From assembly GCA_045565515.1 (NCBI GenBank), contig JBJLFF010000019.1:46960-110959 (forward strand): 64,000 nt of DNA, in the 5' to 3' direction. The stretch is from Candidatus Puniceispirillales bacterium. GTDB lineage: Bacteria > Pseudomonadota > Alphaproteobacteria > Puniceispirillales > GCA-002684695. Both the position numbers and the translations under genes were made by a program. Below, one piece after another: positions 40,638-48,369 of this stretch (the stretch's first letter is position 1; every line of letters starts with the position of its first letter). The notes under the pieces are model-generated. The model saw only the letters and a list, made by a program, of their open reading frames with translations. It was not told where the DNA came from and searched no databases.

Positions 40638-41802
40638 CCCTAATATCAAAAATATTTCTGAACCACCAATACCTTTAGCAATTTCATGGTCAAGTGAATA
40701 TGACGGTGAACATGGTGAATTGATAGATATGTCTCAAGCAGTTCCTTCATACCCACCTCACCAAACACTTATAGAAAGTTTTATGCACTATAGTGCTGAT
40801 AAAAAGCTTATGTCATATGGCGAAATAGAAGGAGAAGAAATACTAAGGCAAAATTACTCAAATCATATTAATAAACGGTATCAGACAAATACATCCTACA
40901 ATCAAATTTTGATTACTTCAGGATGTAATCAAGCCTTTATAGCATCAATAATATGTTTAGCTGAAGCCGGAGATGAAATTATGATTTCTAATCCAGGCTA
41001 CTTTAGCCACGAACTTTCCTTAAAAATGCTAAATATTAAACCTAAATTCTTTGAGCTTAATAAAAATAACAATTTTGAGATAGACTTAAATGAAATTGAA
41101 AAGAAAATAACTCCAAGAGTTAAGGCTTTAGTTATAGTAAGTCCTGGAAATCCAACCGGATCTCCTCAAAGTAAAGAAAATTTAAATAAACTATTAAACC
41201 TGTGCACTGAAAAAAATATATTTTTAATCATTGATGAAACGTATAGAGATTTTATTTACCCAAATAATGGAAAGCCACATAACTTATTTGATAATGAACA
41301 GTGGAGTTCAAATTTAATTCAACTTTATAGTTTTTCAAAATCATTTTGTATACCTGGACATCGACTTGGTGCAATAACGGCCGATATCAAAATGATCAGT
41401 GAAATATCAAAAATTATGGATAACATTCAAATTTGCGCACCAAGACCTGCTCAACAATCAGTAGCAGATTTTTTGCCTAATTTAGAAAACTTTATAGATA
41501 ATAAGTGTAATAAGATTGGAGAGAAAGCAAATTTATTTTCTAACTCTCTTCCAAAGTCTACTGGTTGGGAAATATCTTCAATCGGTACTTTCTTTGCATA
41601 TGTAAGGCATCCTTTTAAAGATATAAAGTGTGATAAATTATCAAAAATATTAGCATCTAAATGTGGTTTAATTACTATACCTGGAATATATTTTGGCAAG
41701 AAACAAGAAAGATACCTAAGATTATCAATTGCTGGTCTTTCAAATGAAGAAATTATTGAGGTTAAAAATAGGTTAGATTTACTGAATGAGCATCTAAAAT
41801 AA
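40630..41802 (+). CDS. class I/II PLP-dependent aminotransferase
   Basis: 390 aa. PLP-lysine block YSFSKSFCIPGHRLG and SPGNPTG block. Overlaps the CoA-transferase gene by 8 nt. Confidence 0.88.
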   Translation: MINPNIKNISEPPIPLAISWSSEYDGEHGELIDMSQAVPSYPPHQTLIESFMHYSADKKLMSYGEIEGEEILRQNYSNHINKRYQTNTSYNQILITSGCNQAFIASIICLAEAGDEIMISNPGYFSHELSLKMLNIKPKFFELNKNNNFEIDLNEIEKKITPRVKALVIVSPGNPTGSPQSKENLNKLLNLCTEKNIFLIIDETYRDFIYPNNGKPHNLFDNEQWSSNLIQLYSFSKSFCIPGHRLGAITADIKMISEISKIMDNIQICAPRPAQQSVADFLPNLENFIDNKCNKIGEKANLFSNSLPKSTGWEISSIGTFFAYVRHPFKDIKCDKLSKILASKCGLITIPGIYFGKKQERYLRLSIAGLSNEEIIEVKNRLDLLNEHLK

Positions 41803-41980
41803 TATTTACCATAAAAATAAAACAATGGATGCTAACTAAATCTAAAAGAAACAAAATTAAGAATAATAATAAAAATAAATATTTTTTATTTAAAAAAGAT
41901 TGCTTTATAATATATTGCATTATTGACTTTAATTTATTTGACTGACCAATTTTCTCGAATAGAACTAGAGAGGTTCAATT

Positions 41981-42769
41981 ATGGAAGTAAAATTTTTAGG
42001 AGTAAGAGGTTCTACGGCTACCCCAGGAAATGGATTTTCTGAATTTGGAGGTAACACATCATGTACAGAAGTACTTCATAATAATTTTCAAGTAATTCTT
42101 GACGCTGGTACTGGATTTAAAGATGTTAAGATAAGGAAAGATGTTCCGGTTTTAATATTATTTAGTCATTTTCATTTTGATCATATACAAGGACTTCCTT
42201 TCTGTAGAGATCTTCTATCACCAGATACTCCAATATATTTTTCCAGTGCCTTAGTTTCTAAGGATGAATTAAAAGGCATTTTAGGCGGTTGCTTTAGTCC
42301 ACACTACTTTCCTATAGAACTTGTAGAAAACCTTACTCATATTCAGTATTTAGAATTTGAAGAGGCTGCTAAAATTATTAAATCTAATTGTGAAATTACA
42401 AGTATAAACTTAAGACACCCAGGCGGAGCTACGGGTTATAAATTTGAATCAAACCAAGGTAAGTTTTGTTATTTACTCGATCACGAATATGATGATGACA
42501 GTGCCCCAGATATTATTGAAGCATCTAATAATAGTGATTTTGTTATGTGGGATGGAATGTTTACTTCTGAAGAGTTATCAATGAGGAAAGGATGGGGACA
42601 TTCTTCAATAACGCAAGGGAATGAATTTTTGGATATAACAAATTCTAAAAAAATGGCTATATCTCACCACAGTCCTTACAGGGATGATAAAGATATGATG
42701 AGTTTAGAAAGTGAAATTAAAAATAAAAATCTTTTCTTTGCTAAAGAAGGTCAAATTATAAAAATTTAG
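41981..42769 (+). CDS. MBL-fold metallo-hydrolase, candidate cyclic-nucleotide phosphodiesterase
   Basis: 262 aa. N-terminus KFLGVRGSTATPG...FGGNTSCTEV and metal motif SHFHFDHIQG. The function is inferred only from the fold class and the adjacent cNMP-binding gene. Confidence 0.6.
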   Translation: MEVKFLGVRGSTATPGNGFSEFGGNTSCTEVLHNNFQVILDAGTGFKDVKIRKDVPVLILFSHFHFDHIQGLPFCRDLLSPDTPIYFSSALVSKDELKGILGGCFSPHYFPIELVENLTHIQYLEFEEAAKIIKSNCEITSINLRHPGGATGYKFESNQGKFCYLLDHEYDDDSAPDIIEASNNSDFVMWDGMFTSEELSMRKGWGHSSITQGNEFLDITNSKKMAISHHSPYRDDKDMMSLESEIKNKNLFFAKEGQIIKI

Positions 42770-42783
42770 AAAATAAAATATAT

Positions 42784-43137
42784 ATGGAAAAATTAGAATT
42801 TAATAAAGGTCAGTTTGTTTTCAAAGCAGGCGATAGCGCGGGATATTTATTTTTATTAATTAAAGGGGAAGTTGGCATTTTTTTACCCACTAATGAAACA
42901 AATAACCCAAATTTCCCTGTTGGTGAAAACGAAATTTTTGGAGAAATGGGTGTTATTGAAGATACTTTACGAAGTGCAGGCGCAAGATGTATGACTGATT
43001 GTGTTGTTATATCATTATCGAAACAAGAATATGAAAAAAAACTCAATGAATCAGATCCCTTCATTAAAGGTTTACTAAGATTATTATCGATTAGATTGAG
43101 AGAAATGACAAAACCAAAAACTTTAGGTTCAAAGTAA
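42784..43137 (+). CDS. stand-alone cyclic nucleotide-binding domain protein
   Basis: 117 aa. CAP/cNMP-domain pattern FVFKAGDSAGYLFLLIKGEV with phosphate-binding cassette FGEMGVIEDTLRSAGARC. No output domain is present. Confidence 0.8.
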   Translation: MEKLEFNKGQFVFKAGDSAGYLFLLIKGEVGIFLPTNETNNPNFPVGENEIFGEMGVIEDTLRSAGARCMTDCVVISLSKQEYEKKLNESDPFIKGLLRLLSIRLREMTKPKTLGSK

Positions 43138-43163
43138 AAGGGTGATAATTAATATCACCCTTT
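43137..43163. terminator. perfect 11-bp stem / 5-nt loop hairpin between convergent genes (bidirectional terminator candidate)
   Basis: AAAGGGTGATA-attaa-TATCACCCTTT. It starts at the last base of the TAA of the cNMP-binding gene and lies 39 nt from the stop of the convergent small ORF. Confidence 0.7.
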
Positions 43164-43201
43164 AAATATTAGTTAATTACTTAGTTCTAACAAAATACAA
43201 T

Positions 43202-43450
43202 TTATTTATTCATTTTGGAAATCATAAACCAAGCAAGTAATACTATTGAAATTCCAATAATTGCCTCACTTGTAATTATGGATATTAATTCTCCAATGTT
43301 CAGAATAACTGATCTTACGTAAGGCCCTGACCCATCTCCTAAGAGGATAAAAACCAAAACAATAATCAACACTATTAACGTACCGGCTTTACTTAGCTCC
43401 CAAACAAAGGAGCTGAAGCTTCGCAAATTACTAATAATTTTATTATCCAT
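43202..43450 (-). CDS. small two-TM membrane protein (paralog of 43493-43711)
   Basis: 82 aa with two hydrophobic helices. Its C-terminal half aligns with the neighbouring 72-aa protein. Confidence 0.55.
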   Translation of the reverse strand: MDNKIISNLRSFSSFVWELSKAGTLIVLIIVLVFILLGDGSGPYVRSVILNIGELISIITSEAIIGISIVLLAWFMISKMNK

Positions 43451-43492
43451 ATGTTAAATTCATATACTAAATTGTATCAGAACTAAAAGTAT

Positions 43493-43711
43493 TTATCTTT
43501 GGAACAACCAAAGAATAATACCCACAGCAACTAAGCCTGGTAGACCTGAACTTCCTAGTTCAGCAACCAATGCTGTGATGTTACCTACAACACCACCAAA
43601 GAATGCCATGTTTCCAGCTCCAACAAGTAATGTTAGAACAATTGCTAAGGCTAATAACGCCAGACCTAAGTCTGTTAAGCCACCTATAGTGCCTTTTGCC
43701 TTGTCAATCAT
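43493..43711 (-). CDS. small two-TM membrane protein with strong Shine-Dalgarno
   Basis: 72 aa, Gly/Ala/Leu-rich, with two helices. GGAGG lies 6 nt upstream of the ATG, which is unusual in this SD-poor window. Confidence 0.6.
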   Translation of the reverse strand: MIDKAKGTIGGLTDLGLALLALAIVLTLLVGAGNMAFFGGVVGNITALVAELGSSGLPGLVAVGIILWLFQR

Positions 43712-43989
43712 GAGTAACCTCCAATTATCGTTATAATAAAAAGACCAAAATTAGTCTCACGTTATGCAAATAACAAATATCTGGTATGTACACCTAGTAT
43801 AAAAATTGTATTTACCCACTATATATAGTATTAATGTTGTATTTTTGCAACACTTTGATATGTTCAAATGCTCTCAATGTATTTATTGATCAATAGTTCA
43901 AGAATAGTAGAAAAATTATCAAAATTAAAAAAAAACAATTTTTTTTTAACATTTAAGATAAATTAAAGGTTCTTTAATAACGCTTATTT

Positions 43990-44016
43990 AAAAAAAAAAC
44001 CCCAAATTAATGGGGT
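43990..44016 (-). terminator. orphan intrinsic terminator on the minus strand
   Basis: The minus strand reads ACCCCA-ttaatt-TGGGGT followed by T9-10 (plus strand A-run 43990-43998). No annotated minus-strand gene lies upstream of it. Confidence 0.5.
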
Positions 44017-44064
44017 CAGTTTAAAGGAGAAAATAAAATATTGCGTAAAATAAGAGTTAAAACA

Positions 44065-44086
44065 GTCAAAAAACTGTCAAAAAACT
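44065..44086. repeat. perfect tandem duplication of an 11-bp A-tract unit
   Basis: GTCAAAAAACT x2, at 44065-44075 and 44076-44086. Lies about 80-100 bp upstream of the alaX ATG. Confidence 0.8.
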
Positions 44087-44165
44087 TAGTTAAATATTAC
44101 AATGTATGAAAAAAGCAAAATTGATGCCAAACTATTTAGGTCTTTGCAATTTAGGTAAGTAAAAA

Positions 44166-44873
44166 ATGAAACAGATATCGACTATTGAATTATTCAAGGA
44201 TAATCCATACCAAAAAAATTGTCCTTCAAAAATTATTGATGCTACAGACAATTGGATCCAACTAGATCAAACAATTTTTTATGCACAAGGTGGAGGACAG
44301 CTTGGTGATACCGGCATATTAAAAGCTGAAAATGGTACTATTAAGATTGAAAATACGATAAGAGAAAATAATTCTATAAAACATCTAATAAATAATGATT
44401 TAAAATTCAAAATTGGGGATAGTGTTGAGTGTTTTATAGATTGGGAGAGAAGATACAAGCTAATGAAAATTCACACTTGCCTTCACCTGCTATGCTCAAT
44501 AATTGATGGTAAAGTAACGGGTGGCTCTGTGAATGATGGGAAAGGTAGATTGGATTTTAATTTAGACCATAAACCTAACAAAGAAGAGGTTAACATTAAA
44601 CTTAATAAGTTAATTCAAGGCAATTATAACATTAATTATTCATGGATAAGTCAAAAAGAATTAGATGAAAACCCTAATTTAATAAAGACAATGTCAGTTC
44701 TTCCACCAAGAACAAATGGTAAAATAAGAATGGTTAGAATAGGTGAAAACATTGATTATCAGCCATGTGGAGGAACACATGTTAAAAATACCTCTGAAAT
44801 TGGAAATATTGAAATTTATAAAATTGAAAATAAAGGTAAGTTAAATAAAAGAATTGCTTTATCTCTTATATAA
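44166..44873 (+). CDS. alaX: AlaX-type alanyl-tRNA editing protein (free-standing AlaRS editing domain)
   Basis: 235 aa. Zinc motifs HTCLHLL (HxxxH) and CGGTHV (CxxxH). Confidence 0.85.
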   Translation: MKQISTIELFKDNPYQKNCPSKIIDATDNWIQLDQTIFYAQGGGQLGDTGILKAENGTIKIENTIRENNSIKHLINNDLKFKIGDSVECFIDWERRYKLMKIHTCLHLLCSIIDGKVTGGSVNDGKGRLDFNLDHKPNKEEVNIKLNKLIQGNYNINYSWISQKELDENPNLIKTMSVLPPRTNGKIRMVRIGENIDYQPCGGTHVKNTSEIGNIEIYKIENKGKLNKRIALSLI

Positions 44874-44895
44874 CTAAAATCAAAAACTAGCTAAA

Positions 44896-45642
44896 ATGAG
44901 TCAATTCTCACTTGAGATTTATTTACTTTTATCTTTACCAGCATTTTTTGTTGGCCTTTCCAGAGGAGGTCTTGGAGGAGGTTTTGCTTTGGCCGCAGCT
45001 ATTTTTTCTGCACAAATATTTGAACCTATAAAAGCAGCAGCATTTTTACTACCTTTGCTTATAATTTCAGATCCATTATCAGTATGGATCTATAGAAAAA
45101 ATATTTACTGGAATAGTATTAAAATTCTTTTACCCGGTGTTATTTTAGGTGTTGTATTAACTTTTTTTTTAATAAATAAAATCTCAAGTTCTATGATAAG
45201 TATAATAGTTGGTTTTTTAGGTATTTTTTTAGCTATTGATGGGTTAGCAAGAAAATTTGTTGAAACTCCAAAAAAAATACTTCACCCTACAGTTGGTATT
45301 TTCTTAGGTGCTATGGGAGGGTTTTCAAGCTTTGTAATTCACTCAGGCTTGCCCCCAATTGCTGCTTACCTATTACCGTTAAAATTAACAAGACAAAAAT
45401 TTATGGGAACTGTTGCGCTTATTTTTGCTATAACAAATATTGTAAAACTCTTCCCATATTTTTTATTAGGGCTCTTTGATAAAGAATTAATTAAACTAAC
45501 TTTAACATTTATTCCAATTACATTTTTGGGTATTTTTGTAGGGAAATTTATAAATAATAAAATTTCTGACCAAGTTTTTTTCTTTATAATTTATACTAGT
45601 GTTTTCTTTCTAGGGTTAAGATTAATTTGGTTTTCAATTTGA
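44896..45642 (+). CDS. TauE/SafE (DUF81) family anion exporter
   Basis: 248 aa with about 7-8 TM helices. FFVGLSRGGLGGGFALAAA is typical of the family. Confidence 0.8.
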   Translation: MSQFSLEIYLLLSLPAFFVGLSRGGLGGGFALAAAIFSAQIFEPIKAAAFLLPLLIISDPLSVWIYRKNIYWNSIKILLPGVILGVVLTFFLINKISSSMISIIVGFLGIFLAIDGLARKFVETPKKILHPTVGIFLGAMGGFSSFVIHSGLPPIAAYLLPLKLTRQKFMGTVALIFAITNIVKLFPYFLLGLFDKELIKLTLTFIPITFLGIFVGKFINNKISDQVFFFIIYTSVFFLGLRLIWFSI

Positions 45643-45645
45643 AAA

Positions 45646-46437
45646 TTGAATAGTTATATTAATATTATTATGCCTTCTGAAATAGTTATAAATTTCTTAT
45701 ATTTTCCTGATAATATTTCAATACTTGCAATAGTATCTATTATTTTAACAAGTTTTGTTTCCTCTTTAATTTCATCAATAATTGGATTTGGTGGAGGAAT
45801 GCTTTTATTAGGAATTCTTGCACTAAATTTTTCCGGGAGTGTAATAATACCTCTTCACGCTGTCATACAACTAGGTTCAAATTTCAATAGATTAATATTT
45901 TTTAAATTTAGAATAAAATGGAGTGTTGTTATTCCTTTTTCATTAGGCTGTCTGATTGGAGTACCATTAGGTGGAATTTTTTCATTATCTATTGATGAGA
46001 ATTTAATAAAGGTTTTAATAGCTTTATTTATATTACTTAATACATTCAGTAAAATTCCTATTCTAAATCAAAATAGACTTTTTTTAACAGGTTCTATTTC
46101 TAGTTTTTTATCTACAATAATAGGTGTTACTGGTTCTTTGATTTCTAGTGTCATTCAGTCGTACAAGCTTGAAAAATCTGAGTATATTTCAAGTTGTGCC
46201 TTTCTGCTTCTAACACAGCATTTTCTTAAATGCATATTATTTGGTTTGATGGGCTTTGCGTTTAAAGACTATTTTTTGCTCGTTGCATTAGTAATAATAA
46301 GCGGTATTTTTGGTACATTCATAGGAAAATTTTTAATTTTTAGAATTCCAGATTCTTACCTTTTACTTGTAATAAAGGTAATCTTAATTGTGATATCTTT
46401 GAATTTACTCATAAATGGTATAAGTAATATTATATAA
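45646..46437 (+). CDS. TauE/SafE (DUF81) family anion exporter, second tandem copy
   Basis: 263 aa. SSIIGFGGGMLLLGILA is typical of the family. The track start is TTG, and an alternative in-frame ATG lies at 45670. Confidence 0.75.
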   Translation: MNSYINIIMPSEIVINFLYFPDNISILAIVSIILTSFVSSLISSIIGFGGGMLLLGILALNFSGSVIIPLHAVIQLGSNFNRLIFFKFRIKWSVVIPFSLGCLIGVPLGGIFSLSIDENLIKVLIALFILLNTFSKIPILNQNRLFLTGSISSFLSTIIGVTGSLISSVIQSYKLEKSEYISSCAFLLLTQHFLKCILFGLMGFAFKDYFLLVALVIISGIFGTFIGKFLIFRIPDSYLLLVIKVILIVISLNLLINGISNII

Positions 46438-46473
46438 TAATACTCTTCAAAACATTCATTTTAGGAGAAATGC

Positions 46474-48351
46474 ATGCTAGGCTTTTTAGAATTACCTAAT
46501 TTAAAATTTAGAGTTTTAATAAACTTTAAGACTCTAATCATATCAATTTTTTTGAGTAACATTGCATATAGTGGTGACAATATAATAAAATCTCATGGAA
46601 TATCAACTTTTGGCGAATTAAAATATGAGAAAAACTTTAAACACTTAGATTATGTGAACCCAAATGCTCCTAAAGGCGGCGAAGTGTCTATATGGGCTTT
46701 TGGCTCTTTTGACTCTATGCATCCATACACTCCTAAGGGAAGGTCAGGTAGTCTTTCTTCAATTTTTTTTGAAAGTCTTCTGACTGGAACTTCTGATGAA
46801 ATAGACTCCTCATATGGTTTAGTTGCAGAAAGTATAGAATATCCCGAAGATCGTTCTTGGGTTATATTTAACATGCGACCAGAAGCCAGGTTTTCTGATG
46901 GATCAAAATTAACTTCTGAAGATGTACTATTTTCTTATGAATTATTAAAGGAAAAGGGTCTACCTTCATTTAGAGCAGTAATTGAAAAAGAAATCGAAAC
47001 GGTTACAATTTTAAATGATCATAAAATTAAATTTGAATTCAAAAAAGGTGTGCCAACTAGAGACCTTCCAGCCTCTGCTGGATCATTACCAATATTTTCA
47101 AAATCATATTATGAAACTAATGATATTGATTTTGAAGCATCAACTCTTGAACCTGCATTAGGTTCTGGACCTTATGTTTTAGATAAAATAGATGTTGGCC
47201 AAACAATAGTTTATAAGAAAAATCCTAATTACTGGGGTTCTAATTTATCTATTAATAAGGGAAGGAATAATTTTGATAAAATAAGAATTGAATATTTTGC
47301 AGATTATAATTCTGCGTTTGAAGGTTTTAAAGGTGGGAGTTACACTTTTAGAACTGAATATATGTCAAAATTATGGGCAACAGGATATGATTTTCCAGCC
47401 ATTGAAAAGAAATGGGTTACAAAAAAATTATTACCAAACGGCGATATGGCTCCTGGTCAATCATTTATAATCAATCTTAGGAGAGATAAATTTAAAGATA
47501 TAAGAGTTAGAAAGGCTATCGGTTTAATGTTTAATTTTGAATGGTCTAACAAAACTCTATTCTATGACCTATACGCAAGAATAAATTCTTTTTGGGAAAA
47601 CAGCGACATGTCAGCTGAAGGCAAACCGTCAAAAGCTGAAATGAACATATTACAATCAGTAGAGAGTATTTTACCAGACAACGTTATTGATTCAGAAGTT
47701 GCACAAGTATCATTATCTTCAATAAAGCAATTAGACAGAAAAAATCTTCGGAAGGCTTCAAAACTACTAGATGAAGCTGGTTGGGAAGTATCAAGTGATG
47801 GATTAAGAAAAAATTCAAATGGCGAAACTTTAGATGTTGAGATTTTAAATGACTCTCAAGCATTCACAAGAATTATAGAACCATTTATTCAAAATTTAAT
47901 ATCTTTAGGTGTAAACGCGAAACATACTAAAATTGATAATGCTCAAATGACTGAAAGAGAAAGATCTTTTGATTTTGATATTGTAACTGGAAATTTTCCA
48001 ATGTCTTTTACTCCAGGAAGTGGTCTAAAACAGTATTTTGGCTCTGAAACGGCAGACGTTTCTATTTTTAATAAATCAGGTATTAAAAGTGATGCAATTG
48101 ATAAACTGATTGAAGTTGTGATGTCGGCAAAAACTAGACAAGAACTAAAAATTTCTGTTCGAGCTTTAGATCGAGTTTTAAGATCATATTATTTTTGGAT
48201 ACCTCAGTGGTATAAAAATGTTCATACAGTTGCTTATTATGATTTTTATGAGCACCCTGAAAATCTTCCTCCTTATGACATGGGTCTTTTAGACTTTTGG
48301 TGGATGAATGAGAAAAAATTTTCTGATTTAAAAGAAAAGGGTGCGTTTTAA
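46474..48351 (+). CDS. yejA: family-5 periplasmic peptide-binding protein, YejA-like
   Basis: 625 aa with a hydrophobic N-terminal signal region. The extended size and the yejBEF gene order downstream support the call. Confidence 0.75.
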   Translation: MLGFLELPNLKFRVLINFKTLIISIFLSNIAYSGDNIIKSHGISTFGELKYEKNFKHLDYVNPNAPKGGEVSIWAFGSFDSMHPYTPKGRSGSLSSIFFESLLTGTSDEIDSSYGLVAESIEYPEDRSWVIFNMRPEARFSDGSKLTSEDVLFSYELLKEKGLPSFRAVIEKEIETVTILNDHKIKFEFKKGVPTRDLPASAGSLPIFSKSYYETNDIDFEASTLEPALGSGPYVLDKIDVGQTIVYKKNPNYWGSNLSINKGRNNFDKIRIEYFADYNSAFEGFKGGSYTFRTEYMSKLWATGYDFPAIEKKWVTKKLLPNGDMAPGQSFIINLRRDKFKDIRVRKAIGLMFNFEWSNKTLFYDLYARINSFWENSDMSAEGKPSKAEMNILQSVESILPDNVIDSEVAQVSLSSIKQLDRKNLRKASKLLDEAGWEVSSDGLRKNSNGETLDVEILNDSQAFTRIIEPFIQNLISLGVNAKHTKIDNAQMTERERSFDFDIVTGNFPMSFTPGSGLKQYFGSETADVSIFNKSGIKSDAIDKLIEVVMSAKTRQELKISVRALDRVLRSYYFWIPQWYKNVHTVAYYDFYEHPENLPPYDMGLLDFWWMNEKKFSDLKEKGAF

Positions 48352-48369
48352 AATATTTAAAGTTTTATT

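Noticed and set aside
41451-43064. Minus-strand ORFs 41451-41825 and 42810-43064
   Set aside because: They are antisense to the aminotransferase and the cNMP-binding gene respectively. Both sense genes carry diagnostic motifs.
43926-43946. A9-CAA-T9 palindrome as a terminator
   Set aside because: The stem would be pure A:T and thermodynamically weak. It is more likely a curved-DNA or UP-like element. It is kept only as a descriptive note in the intergenic finding.
44041-44109. 22-codon basic mini-ORF (TTG start, MRKIRVKTVKKLSKNLVKYYNV) behind an AAGGAG, with a faint resemblance to the ribosomal protein L36 N-terminus
   Set aside because: The Lys richness follows directly from the A-tract tandem repeat it spans. 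It has a non-ATG start, an 11-nt SD spacing, truncated length and none of the L36 Cys/His ligands. It is probably coincidental. A second 17-codon ORF at 44103-44159 was dismissed for the same reason.
46650-47470. ORFs 46650-46874(-) and 47288-47470(+) inside yejA
   Set aside because: The first is antisense to, and the second in an alternative frame of, the 625-aa YejA-like frame. Neither product has a recognisable motif.
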